Source: Pelagerythrobacter marensis (GTDB lineage: Bacteria; Pseudomonadota; Alphaproteobacteria; Sphingomonadales; Sphingomonadaceae). Taken from it: 32,000 bases of DNA. Both the position numbers and the translations under genes were made by a program. The first letter of the stretch is position 1; each line of letters starts with the position of its first letter. Below are positions 8,135 through 16,846 of this stretch, piece after piece. The notes under the pieces were generated by a model. It ran no database searches and had not been told where the DNA came from. It worked only from the letters and a program-made list of their open reading frames with translations. The stretch is from contig NZ_CP011805.1 in NCBI RefSeq assembly GCF_001028625.1, positions 792,498-824,497 on the forward strand, in the 5' to 3' direction.

Positions 8135-8878
8135 ATGGACGGTGCACTCGAACTTTCCCCTCCGCCTCCGCTCGCGCGGTTGATGGAAGAGCGCGTTCTT
8201 GCGCTGTTTCTCGATTTCGATGGCACTCTGGTCGACATCGCGCCTGCGCCTGATGAAATCGTCGTACCAGCCCGGCTGGCTGAGCGTTTGCGCACGTTGT
8301 CGCGCCGACTGGATGGCCGACTGGCCTTGATCACGGGCAGATCGCTTGAAGACCTTGCCGGGCATTGCCCGATCGAGGGCATCGCCTGCGCCGGCTCGCA
8401 CGGAGCGGCCCGGCGCGACGCGATGGGGCAGGCGCTGGGGGATGCTGCGCGGCCGCTGCCCGATGGCGTGTTCGACACTTTGCACGATGGCGCTCGCGAT
8501 CTCGGCGTCGCTCTCGAAGCGAAAACCCATGGCGCGGCGCTACATTTCCGGGCCGATCCGGGGAAGGCGGAACAGGCACGAGCCTTTGCCGCTGAGGTCG
8601 CCAGCCAACACGCGCTGGCGGTCAAGCGGGGCAAGGGCGTGGTCGAGATTACCCAGGCAGGGGCCGACAAGGGCGGCGCCGTGCGCGAATTCATGCGACA
8701 TGCGCCCTTTGTCGACACAATCCCCGTCTTTATCGGCGATGACGTTACCGATGAAGACGGGATGGCCGCCTGTAATGATGCCGGTGGTTTCGGCATTCTT
8801 GTTGGCGATCGTTCGCCCACCGTCGCGCAGTTCCGACTGTCCGATGTTCCTTCCGTTTATGAATGGTTGAGCCTTTGA
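8135..8878 (+). CDS. otsB: Trehalose-6-phosphate phosphatase
   Basis: HAD motif LFLDFDGTLVDIAPAPDEI, LALITGRSLEDL, GDDVTDEDGMAA. Operon neighbour of otsA. Confidence 0.93.
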   Translation: MDGALELSPPPPLARLMEERVLALFLDFDGTLVDIAPAPDEIVVPARLAERLRTLSRRLDGRLALITGRSLEDLAGHCPIEGIACAGSHGAARRDAMGQALGDAARPLPDGVFDTLHDGARDLGVALEAKTHGAALHFRADPGKAEQARAFAAEVASQHALAVKRGKGVVEITQAGADKGGAVREFMRHAPFVDTIPVFIGDDVTDEDGMAACNDAGGFGILVGDRSPTVAQFRLSDVPSVYEWLSL

Positions 8879-10677
8879 CACCTCCCGATCAATCCTCGCT
8901 CGAACTCTGGCCCGTCGGCAATTGCCAGGTAAGCGGATTGATCGACCGGCGCGGGGCGCTGGTGTGGGGCTGTGTGCCCCGGGTGGACGGCGACCCGATA
9001 TTCAACTCGCTGATGAACGGTGATCGCCATGATCTGGGCGAGTGGCGTTTCGAGCTGGAGGGGCAGGTCGCTGCAACCCAGCAGTACGAGCGCAACACGC
9101 CGATACTGGTCACCCGACTGGAGGCCGAAGACGGCAGCGCGGTTGAAATCCGCGATTTCTGCCCTCGCTTCGAACGATCGGGTCGCATGTATCGCCCGGT
9201 GGCCTGGGTGCGGATCGTCCGGCCGGTTGCCGGCGCGCCGCGGATGAAAGTCGTCCTGCGGCCGACGCGCGGCTATGGTCAGCACGTTGCGGAAACGACC
9301 AATGGAACCAACCACATCCGCTATCTGGTCGGCGCGCAGGCAATCCGGCTCAGCACCGATGCCCCGATCGGGCACGTGCTGTCCGCCCGGGTATTCCGCG
9401 TCGAAAGCGACCAGCATTTCTTTCTCGGCCCCGACGAGCCGTTTTCAGGCAACCTGCGTGCCGAAGTGCGCCAGATGGTCGAACAGACGCGCAAGTACTG
9501 GAAGCTGTGGGTGCGCGGCCTGCACATCCCGCTGGAATGGCAGGACGACGTCATCCGCTGCGCCATCGCGCTGAAGCTGTGCCAGCATGAAGAAACAGGG
9601 GCTATCGTCGCCGCGCTGACCACGTCGATACCGGAAGCGCCGCATAGCGAGCGGAATTGGGATTACCGATTCTGCTGGATTCGCGATTCGTATTTCACAG
9701 TGCAGGCGCTGAACCGGATCGGTGCGCTCGACGTGCTGGAGAAATACCTCGCCTATCTGCGCAACATCATCGATTCCGCGCAGGGCGGGCAGATTCAGCC
9801 GCTCTATTCGGTGATGGGCGACAGCGAACTGGATGAAACGACTGCCGCGCACCTCGCCGGGTATCGCGGCATGGGGCCCGTGCGGGTCGGCAACGCCGCA
9901 TACTATCAGGTTCAGCACGACTGCTACGGCCAGATCGTCATGCCCACCGTGCAGGCGTTTTTCGACAGACGATTGCTGCGGATGGCCGACGATCGGGATT
10001 TCGCGAGCCTCGAAAAGGTCGGAGAAATGGCCTGGAAGATGCACGACCAGCCCGATGCGGGATTGTGGGAATTCCGCACGCGGCAAGAAGTGCACACATA
10101 TTCCGCCGTGATGTGCTGGGCGGCCTGCGATCGCCTGGCGAACGTGGCGGCGCATCTGGGCAAGGAAGATCGCCTCAAACTCTGGCGCGAGCGGGCCGAG
10201 GCAATCCGCGAGAAGATCGAGCGGGAAGCCTGGGTGGAAGACGGCGATGCGGGCCATTTCGGTGCCAGCTTCGAGAGCGACTATCTCGACGCCAGCCTGC
10301 TGCAGATGGTCGAACTGCGGTTCCTGCAGCCCGACGATCCGCGTTTCCAGAGCACTTTTGCCGCCGTGGAAAAGGCGCTGCGCCGCGGCGAGCATATGCT
10401 GCGGTATGACAGCGAAGACGATTTCGGATTGCCCGAAACGGCGTTCAACGTTTGCACGTTCTGGCTGATCGAGGCGCTGCACATGGCCGGTCGGGACGAA
10501 GAGGCGCGGGCGCTGTTCGACACGATGCTGGCCCACCGAACGGCATCGGGGATGCTGTCGGAGGATATCGATTTCGATAGCGGCGAATTGTGGGGGAACT
10601 TCCCCCAGACCTACTCGCTTGTAGGGATAATCAATTGCGCCGGTCTGTTGTCCAAACCATGGAGCGAAGTCCGATAA
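8863..10677 (+). CDS. Glycoside hydrolase family 15 protein (glucoamylase/trehalase-like)
   Basis: VGNCQVSGLIDRRGALVWGCVPRVDGDPIFNSLMN...ERNWDYRFCWIRDSYFTVQALNRIG...DAGLWEFRTRQEVHTYSAVMCWAACDRL...NFPQTYSLVGIINCAGLLSKPWSE. Overlaps otsB by 16 nt and otsA by 19 nt. Confidence 0.92.
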   Translation: MVEPLTPPDQSSLELWPVGNCQVSGLIDRRGALVWGCVPRVDGDPIFNSLMNGDRHDLGEWRFELEGQVAATQQYERNTPILVTRLEAEDGSAVEIRDFCPRFERSGRMYRPVAWVRIVRPVAGAPRMKVVLRPTRGYGQHVAETTNGTNHIRYLVGAQAIRLSTDAPIGHVLSARVFRVESDQHFFLGPDEPFSGNLRAEVRQMVEQTRKYWKLWVRGLHIPLEWQDDVIRCAIALKLCQHEETGAIVAALTTSIPEAPHSERNWDYRFCWIRDSYFTVQALNRIGALDVLEKYLAYLRNIIDSAQGGQIQPLYSVMGDSELDETTAAHLAGYRGMGPVRVGNAAYYQVQHDCYGQIVMPTVQAFFDRRLLRMADDRDFASLEKVGEMAWKMHDQPDAGLWEFRTRQEVHTYSAVMCWAACDRLANVAAHLGKEDRLKLWRERAEAIREKIEREAWVEDGDAGHFGASFESDYLDASLLQMVELRFLQPDDPRFQSTFAAVEKALRRGEHMLRYDSEDDFGLPETAFNVCTFWLIEALHMAGRDEEARALFDTMLAHRTASGMLSEDIDFDSGELWGNFPQTYSLVGIINCAGLLSKPWSEVR

Positions 10678-12065
10678 GCCGTCTAGTCGTCATCTCGAAC
10701 CGCGTTGCAGTCCCCAAGGCGCGTGGAGCGGCCGGTGCCCAGGGCGGGCTTGCCGGCGCACTCAACGCCGCGCTGAAGAAGCACGGAGGCATCTGGTTCG
10801 GCTGGTCGGGGCAGGAATGCGATGCCTTCACCGGCAACATCAATCTCCAGCGGCATGATGGCGTGACCACTGCCACGATTGACCTCGGCCACCAGGATAT
10901 CGAGGAATATTACAACGGATATGCCAATTCGACCCTTTGGCCCCTGTTCCACTTCCGGCTCGACCTGACCGAGTACGAGCGGGAGACGGGCAAGGGGTAC
11001 GAACGGGTCAACGAACGTTTTGCCGACAGCGTTGCCCCGCTGGTCAACGGCGACGACTTGGTCTGGGTTCACGATTACCATCTTCTGCCGCTGGGATCGC
11101 GCTTGCGCGAGCGTGGGCTGTCGAACCGGATGGGGTTCTTCCTCCACACACCGTGGCCGCCCACTCGCCTGTTCGTTTCGCTCCCTTATCACGAGCGTCT
11201 GGTTCGAACGATGCTGGAATACGATCTGATCGGCTTCCAGACCGACGAATGGCTTGAAAGCTTCTGCCACTATTGCCGGAAAGAACTGGGCGCGGATATC
11301 GACGAGGAAAGCGGGCGCATCGCTTATGATGGGCGGGTAACGTATGCGCGCGCCTACCCCATCGGCATAGATTACGAACATCTGATGGATCAGGCCGAAA
11401 CCGGTGAAGCGCGGCAAGCCGGGCAGCGCCTGCTGTCCAGTACGCGTCGGCGCAAGGCGATGATCGGGGTCGACCGGCTCGATTACTCCAAGGGATTGCC
11501 CGAACGTCTCGACGGAATCGCGCGCTATTTCGACAATCACCCTGAACGGGTTCGCGATGTCGTGTTTATTCAGATCGCGCCGCCCAGCCGCGAAGATGTG
11601 CAATCCTATCAGCGCATTCGCGCGACGCTGGAACAGAAGGCCGGACAGATAAACGGGGCGCGTTCGGAAGTTGACGTGGTGCCGATCCGTTATGTCAACA
11701 AGGGCCATTCCCTGGCCGAACTGTGCGGCTTCTATCGCGCCGCCAAGATCGGGCTGGTCACGCCGTTGCGCGACGGGATGAACCTGGTGGCCAAGGAATA
11801 CGTTGCCGCGCAGGACCCGGAAGATCCCGGCGTTCTCATCCTCTCCCGCTTTGCAGGTGCTGCGCGCCAGCTTACCGATGCGGTTCTGGTCAATCCGCAC
11901 AGCCCCGACGATCTGGCACAAGCGATCGACGAGGCGCTGTGTATGCCGCTGGAAGAGCGCAAGCGGCGCTGGGAAGCGATGATCCAGACCGTGCGTGACG
12001 ACAATGTACAGCGCTGGACGGAGAGCTTCACCAGCGATCTGGCGTCGGTGAAACAGAACGATTGA
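10659..12065 (+). CDS. otsA: Alpha,alpha-trehalose-phosphate synthase (UDP-forming)
   Basis: MERSPISRLVVISNRVAVP...GGLAGALNAALKKHGGIWFGWSG...VWVHDYHLLPLGSRLRERG...IGVDRLDYSKGLPERL...VTPLRDGMNLVAKEYVAAQ. Start chosen inside ORF 10590..12065. Confidence 0.95.
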   Translation: MERSPISRLVVISNRVAVPKARGAAGAQGGLAGALNAALKKHGGIWFGWSGQECDAFTGNINLQRHDGVTTATIDLGHQDIEEYYNGYANSTLWPLFHFRLDLTEYERETGKGYERVNERFADSVAPLVNGDDLVWVHDYHLLPLGSRLRERGLSNRMGFFLHTPWPPTRLFVSLPYHERLVRTMLEYDLIGFQTDEWLESFCHYCRKELGADIDEESGRIAYDGRVTYARAYPIGIDYEHLMDQAETGEARQAGQRLLSSTRRRKAMIGVDRLDYSKGLPERLDGIARYFDNHPERVRDVVFIQIAPPSREDVQSYQRIRATLEQKAGQINGARSEVDVVPIRYVNKGHSLAELCGFYRAAKIGLVTPLRDGMNLVAKEYVAAQDPEDPGVLILSRFAGAARQLTDAVLVNPHSPDDLAQAIDEALCMPLEERKRRWEAMIQTVRDDNVQRWTESFTSDLASVKQND

Positions 12066-12119
12066 CCGCGTTCCGGGCTGGCGCTTGTGCCCGGCGCAGC
12101 CGCATGGCAGGGCGCGGCC

Positions 12120-12899
12120 ATGGATCGAGATCGCGTCATCCCCCTGGAAGGGATTCACAACTTCCGCGACTATGGCGGATACCCGGTCGCCGGCGGCGGG
12201 CGGATGAAGCGCAGCCTGGTATTCCGATCCGGCCAACATGCAGAAGCAAGCGATGCCGATCTGGCAGTTATCGACAAGCTCGCCCTGCGCCACGTGATCG
12301 ATTTTCGCGGGGTCAGCGAGCGGACAAACTACCCATGTCGCCGCGGCGAAGGCTTTTGCGCGCAGGTCGTCGCTTTCGAGGGCGAAACGGCCAATCTCGC
12401 CCCGCACATGGAGGCGGCCGACGGTGTTCTGACGTTCGACGGCGCCCATCGCGCGATGGAGCGCATTTATCGCAATCTGCCGACGCGGGAGCCTGTCCTG
12501 TGGGTTATGCGGCAGTACTTCGCGACCCTCGCACAAGGGGAGGGGGCAAGTCTCGTTCACTGTCTGGCCGGCAAGGATCGCACCGGGATGGCAGTGGCTC
12601 TCCTGCACCATGCGCTGGGGGTTCATCCCGACGATGCGATGGAGGATTTTCTCCTCACCAACACCGCGGGCAATATCGAGGCGCGCGTTGCCGCGGGTGG
12701 GAACGCCATTCGCGCCAAGTACGGCGCGGTGGATGACGATACGATCCGCGTTCTGATGGGCGTCGACCCGCGCTATCTTCATGCCATGCGCGAAGCTGTG
12801 GAGGAAACGCACGGTTCGCTCGACGTATTCCTTGCCGACGTGCTGGGGGTCGACGACGCGCGGCGCGAGGCGCTGCGCTTGCATTTGACGGAAGCGTGA
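12120..12899 (+). CDS. Tyrosine-protein phosphatase-like protein (Y_phosphatase3 type)
   Basis: IHNFRDYGGYPVAGGGRMKRSLVFRSGQ...VIDFRGVSERTNYP...LVHCLAGKDRTGMAVALLHHALG, a CX5R P-loop (HCLAGKDRTG). Alternative upstream start at 12087. Confidence 0.88.
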   Translation: MDRDRVIPLEGIHNFRDYGGYPVAGGGRMKRSLVFRSGQHAEASDADLAVIDKLALRHVIDFRGVSERTNYPCRRGEGFCAQVVAFEGETANLAPHMEAADGVLTFDGAHRAMERIYRNLPTREPVLWVMRQYFATLAQGEGASLVHCLAGKDRTGMAVALLHHALGVHPDDAMEDFLLTNTAGNIEARVAAGGNAIRAKYGAVDDDTIRVLMGVDPRYLHAMREAVEETHGSLDVFLADVLGVDDARREALRLHLTEA

Positions 12900-12938
12900 C
12901 CCACTTCTCTGTCCGTCTCAACCACACGGAAGGTCCCG

Positions 12939-13919
12939 ATGGCTACCCACCGCACCAAGATGCTTATCATAGGTTCCGGCCCGGCAGGGCTCTCCGCGGC
13001 GATATATGGCGCGCGCGCAATGATGGAGCCGATCGTGGTGCAGGGCCTTCAGCCCGGCGGGCAGTTGACCATCACGACCGATGTGGAGAACTATCCGGGG
13101 TTCAAGGATGTGGTGCAGGGCCCCTGGCTGATGCAGGAGATGCAGGCTCAGGCCGAACATGTCGGCACCCGGATGATGTGGGATACGATCGTATCGGTCG
13201 ATGTCGAAAACGGTTCGCCCTTCCGCGCGGTCGGTGACAGCGGCGACGAGTATATCGGTGAGACGCTGGTGATCGCCACCGGCGCCTCGGCGAAGTGGCT
13301 TGGGGCGCCTGGAGAGCAGGAGCTTGGCGGCAAGGGCGTGTCCGCCTGCGCCACGTGCGACGGATTCTTCTATCGCGGCAAGAAGGTCGCCGTGATCGGC
13401 GGGGGCAATACCGCGGTCGAGGAAGCGCTCTACCTCACCAACCATTCGGACGACGTGACGCTGATCCACCGCCGCGACGAATTGCGTGCCGAGAAGATCC
13501 TGCAGGAACGCCTGTTCAAGTCGGACAAGATTTCCACCTTGTGGAACAAGACGGTCGAAAGCTTCGAAGGCGACCCTGCTGCCGGTGGGCTGACGCATCT
13601 GGTCCTGCGCGACACGGTAACGGGGGAAACGTCTCGGCTGGACGTCGACGGTGCCTTCGTCGCCATCGGCCATGCGCCGGCGACCGATTTGTTCAAGGGC
13701 AAGCTGGAAATGGACGAGAGCGGATATCTGATCGTCGAGCCGGGCTCCCCGAAAACGGCCGTGCCGGGGGTGTTTGCCTGCGGTGACGTGATGGATCACG
13801 TCTACCGCCAGGCAGTCACCGCGGCGGGCACCGGGTGTATGGCTGCGCTCGACGCAGAGCGATTCCTGGCAACGCTCGAATTTGCGAAGAGCGAAGCCGA
13901 AGCCGAAGCGGCAGAATAA
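12939..13919 (+). CDS. trxB: Thioredoxin-disulfide reductase
   Basis: MLIIGSGPAGLSAAIYGARAMM, redox motif SACATCDGFFYRGKKVAVIGGGNTAVEEALYLTNH, VFACGDVMDHVYRQAVTAAGTGCMAALDAERFL. Confidence 0.96.
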   Translation: MATHRTKMLIIGSGPAGLSAAIYGARAMMEPIVVQGLQPGGQLTITTDVENYPGFKDVVQGPWLMQEMQAQAEHVGTRMMWDTIVSVDVENGSPFRAVGDSGDEYIGETLVIATGASAKWLGAPGEQELGGKGVSACATCDGFFYRGKKVAVIGGGNTAVEEALYLTNHSDDVTLIHRRDELRAEKILQERLFKSDKISTLWNKTVESFEGDPAAGGLTHLVLRDTVTGETSRLDVDGAFVAIGHAPATDLFKGKLEMDESGYLIVEPGSPKTAVPGVFACGDVMDHVYRQAVTAAGTGCMAALDAERFLATLEFAKSEAEAEAAE

Positions 13920-13951
13920 GGGCTAGCCCGGCCGCCGCGCGGCCGGGTCCC

Positions 13952-14389
13952 TCAGGCCATCTCAAAAACCGCCATGCCCGCGTGGATGATGAGGGCGATC
14001 AGCACCAGGCTCGACAGTGCGAACAGCACGAACCGCACCATAACCTTGTTGGCGGTTACCTGAACCAGCGAGTGGATCACGCGCAGTCCGACATAGATCC
14101 ACGCGATCAGCGCGTTCATCCCGTCGCCTTGCCCGATCAGCGCCAGCACCAGACCGACTGCGTAGAACAGGGTCGGCGCCTCGTGCAGGTGATTGTAGTT
14201 GTGGGCTTTCCACTGCACCTTGTCGGGCACGACACCGTCCAGATCCTTGCCCGTTCCGCCAGTCAGGTTCGCGGTGTCGATCTTCGCCCGGCTCATCGCC
14301 GGGATTCGCGTGACATACATCCACAGCCACATGACCATGGTCCACGCCATCAGCGCCACCAGGGGCTGGAGTATCGTCATTCCAATCAT
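13952..14389 (-). CDS. MAPEG family membrane protein (copy 1)
   Basis: 145 aa four-TM protein containing KAHNYNHLHEAPTLFYAVGLVLAL and WIYVGLRVIHSLVQVTANKVMVRFVLF, as in MAPEG family proteins. Confidence 0.82.
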   Translation of the reverse strand: MIGMTILQPLVALMAWTMVMWLWMYVTRIPAMSRAKIDTANLTGGTGKDLDGVVPDKVQWKAHNYNHLHEAPTLFYAVGLVLALIGQGDGMNALIAWIYVGLRVIHSLVQVTANKVMVRFVLFALSSLVLIALIIHAGMAVFEMA

Positions 14390-14404
14390 CAGGTCACTCC
14401 GAAA

Positions 14405-14833
14405 TCAATAATTCAATGCCAGCGCCACGGCGCGCACGGTCAGAACCATGAGGCAGACCGTCGACAGAAGAAAGAGCAGGAAGCGCACGGAAACCCGGTT
14501 CACCGTCGCCTGCCAGATGGAATGGATCACCCGGATCGCGACGTAGGCCCAGGCGAAGGCGACGTCGTGCGCCTGCGGGCCCAGGATCGCGAGAATCACG
14601 ACGATGGCATAAAACAGCGTCGGCTGTTCGTGCAGATGGGTGTAATTGTGCGATTTCCAGTTGATCCGGTCTTCGATCACCCCTTCCAGATCCTGTCCGC
14701 GGCCGCCGGGTCTGGCGTTTCCCATTCCGCCGAGATTCTTCAGCGCGGGCAGCCGGGTCATGGCCATCCAGACCAGCATGACGAGGGTCCACGCCACCAG
14801 CACGGCGGCGGGCGCTAGTATTTGTGCCTGCAT
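14405..14833 (-). CDS. MAPEG family membrane protein (copy 2)
   Basis: 142 aa, KSHNYTHLHEQPTLFYAIVVILAI and WAYVAIRVIHSIWQATVNRVSVRFLLF. Clear tandem paralogue of 13952..14389. Confidence 0.82.
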   Translation of the reverse strand: MQAQILAPAAVLVAWTLVMLVWMAMTRLPALKNLGGMGNARPGGRGQDLEGVIEDRINWKSHNYTHLHEQPTLFYAIVVILAILGPQAHDVAFAWAYVAIRVIHSIWQATVNRVSVRFLLFLLSTVCLMVLTVRAVALALNY

Positions 14834-14888
14834 TGAAGAACCCCTCCCTGTATTCCCGCGCGGAGATTGCGCTGGCGCCCACTCGTTG

Positions 14889-15551
14889 TCAAACCTCCCG
14901 CGCGCCTAGCGTGAGATGCTGGCAGTAACCGAAACGACCGCGGCGGTGGCGGCATGACAATCCGCGATTTGCCGCGATCCGGCCCCCCATGTCAGCCAGG
15001 CGGGTTCTCGGTTCGACATGAAACCGGGCCAGCCAGGCCCGCAGGCCACGCGCAAGCGGCGAGGGCAGACCTTCCAGATCGCCGAAATCGACCACGTGCA
15101 GCCGCCCCTCCGGTGCAAGCAGGTCCGCTGCGTGGTCCAGTGCCCCCTCCCAGTCGGGGATCATCGACAGCGAGTACGACAGGAACACGCGATCGAACTG
15201 CACTCTCCCCAATGTCTCCTGGGGGTCGAACCCGCAGGCATCGCCGTCTGCGAGAATGGCCTGTTCGCCCAGTGCCGCCTTGGCGGAGCGGAGCATTTCT
15301 TGCGAGATGTCGATCCCGTACAGCCGGATGCCGGGCCATCGTCGCTTTGCCTGGGCGAGGTTTCTCCCCGTGCCGCAGGCGATTTCCAGCACGGTGTCGC
15401 CAGGCTGGCAATCGAGATCGGCGATGAGCCGGTCGCGCCCCAGCAGATAGTACTTGCGCGTCAGGTCGTAGATGTGCCGCTGCCCACGATAGACCCGGTC
15501 CATCAACTCTGCGTGATTGCCCGGCTCTGGCCGGGACAGATGCCGTTCCAT
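14889..15551 (-). CDS. btaB: Class I SAM-dependent methyltransferase, BtaB-like (diacylglyceryl-homoserine N-methyltransferase)
   Basis: MDRVYRGQRHIYDLTRKYYLLGRDRLI...VLEIACGTGRNLAQAKRRWPGIRLYGIDISQEML. Overlaps the stop of the btaA-like gene by one nucleotide. Confidence 0.85.
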   Translation of the reverse strand: MERHLSRPEPGNHAELMDRVYRGQRHIYDLTRKYYLLGRDRLIADLDCQPGDTVLEIACGTGRNLAQAKRRWPGIRLYGIDISQEMLRSAKAALGEQAILADGDACGFDPQETLGRVQFDRVFLSYSLSMIPDWEGALDHAADLLAPEGRLHVVDFGDLEGLPSPLARGLRAWLARFHVEPRTRLADMGGRIAANRGLSCRHRRGRFGYCQHLTLGAREV

Positions 15552-16765
15552 CAGGCCAGCTCGTAGAGGTGGACACCGCCGTAGATCGATGACCTGTCGC
15601 GCGCGGTGAGATCGGCCGACTGTTCCTCGCGGTAAGTCCAGCGGTCAAGCAGATCGGGCGCGAGGCGGCCGGGCAGCAGGCTCGGTTCGGCGGCTGTGCG
15701 GAAGAGGACGCGGGCGCCCGGCCGCGCCGTGCGGGTGATCTGCGCCCAGAGCGTGTTGAGCTGCGCGTCGTCCATCCAGTCCTGCGCGTCGAGCAGAACA
15801 TAGCGATCGTGGCTGGTGGCGTCGGCATCGCCGAGATAGTGGACCATGTTCGCGTTGCGCACGTCGAGCCGGTCGATGCGTTCGCGCATCCGTTCCCAGT
15901 TGGCGCGTTGGAGATAGGGGGGCAGGGCCGCTTCCGGCCGGCGGTCGTAGCGACGACCGAATGCCTGCCAGGCGAAGTAGTTGTCCGCCACCGCGAAGCC
16001 GCAGGCCAGCTTTTCCAGCCGCCGCCGCAGGACCACGGCCATTCTTTCATCCCCGGCGAGCGCGGCGTACTGGGCCGGCGGAATGCCCAGTCCGAACAGC
16101 GAGGCCGGATGATCGGTGAGCCAGCGGACGAAGCGCCGGTCGAACACCGGGGCCAGTTCGCGCTCGAACACCTCGCGCTGTTCCTCCAGCGTGGTCGCCG
16201 CGAGAACGCGTGACAGGTCGATGCGGTAAAGGCGGGCGAACAGGTGGGCCATGCCGATGAAGCCGCCCAGCAACCCCTGGCGATAGATGCCCCGCGTGAA
16301 GTGGGTGATCCGCCGTCGACCCGTAACATCCCGGCTTTCCCAGTACTTGCGGCTCTCCGCATCGAGGTGCGGGGCAATGAGGGTATCGTAGATCTCGCGG
16401 TTTTCCTTGTGATCCGCCTCCGCGAAGAAGCGGCGGAACCGGTCGTAAGTCGGCAGGTGGCGGATCGCCGCGATCTTGAGCTGGCCCAGCGCCACATGCG
16501 CGCGGTTGAGATCCACCGCGACCACTTGCGCGGGGTCGGCGGTGAGATAGGACAGCGCATTGCAACTGCCGCTTGCGATGCACAGCACCCGGCTGTCGCG
16601 TTCGATCGCCAGCCCTTCCATGTCGACCAGCGGGTCTTCCCAGATCTGGGCATAGACCAGCCCCTTGAAGGCGAAGGCGAAGGCCCGGTCGAGCAGCTTT
16701 TCACCCGGCTTCGCCGTCTTGCGCACCACTGCATCGTCGATGATGCGCTTTGCCTGTACCGTCAT
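15551..16765 (-). CDS. btaA: S-adenosylmethionine:diacylglycerol 3-amino-3-carboxypropyl transferase BtaA (DUF3419)
   Basis: FAFAFKGLVYAQIWEDPLVDMEGLAIERDSRVLCIASGSCNALSYLTADPAQVVAVDLNRAHVALGQLKIAAIRHLP...HFTRGIYRQGLLGGFIG. Paired with a BtaB-like methyltransferase. Confidence 0.9.
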   Translation of the reverse strand: MTVQAKRIIDDAVVRKTAKPGEKLLDRAFAFAFKGLVYAQIWEDPLVDMEGLAIERDSRVLCIASGSCNALSYLTADPAQVVAVDLNRAHVALGQLKIAAIRHLPTYDRFRRFFAEADHKENREIYDTLIAPHLDAESRKYWESRDVTGRRRITHFTRGIYRQGLLGGFIGMAHLFARLYRIDLSRVLAATTLEEQREVFERELAPVFDRRFVRWLTDHPASLFGLGIPPAQYAALAGDERMAVVLRRRLEKLACGFAVADNYFAWQAFGRRYDRRPEAALPPYLQRANWERMRERIDRLDVRNANMVHYLGDADATSHDRYVLLDAQDWMDDAQLNTLWAQITRTARPGARVLFRTAAEPSLLPGRLAPDLLDRWTYREEQSADLTARDRSSIYGGVHLYELA

Positions 16766-16812
16766 GTGTTCGCTTCCCGCTGGTGATATCGGGTCGCGAC
16801 TACGCCGCTTGC

Positions 16813-16830
16813 ATGTCCGCCGTGTGACTG
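16813..16830 (-). promoter_or_regulatory. Weak candidate Pho box upstream of btaA
   Basis: Minus strand reads CAGTCAC-ACGG-CGGACAT, two heptamers with 11-nt periodicity matching CTGTCAT at 5/7 each, about 48 nt upstream of the btaA start. Marginal match by eye. Confidence 0.3.
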
Positions 16831-16846
16831 TTTCCCCGGTCAGCCG

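Noticed and set aside
7960-8253. Plus-strand ORFs (97 and 62 aa) in the gap before otsB
   Set aside because: They run into otsB in another frame, have no visible motifs, and their starts are not supported by a clear ribosome-binding site.
9445-10536. 363 aa minus-strand ORF opposite the GH15 gene
   Set aside because: Antisense shadow with no motifs. The GH15 reading frame explains the region.
10683-12884. 733 aa open frame antisense to otsA and the phosphatase gene
   Set aside because: It overlaps two genes with clear family motifs on the other strand. Long antisense frames are expected in GC-rich coding DNA, and the translation shows no recognisable domain.
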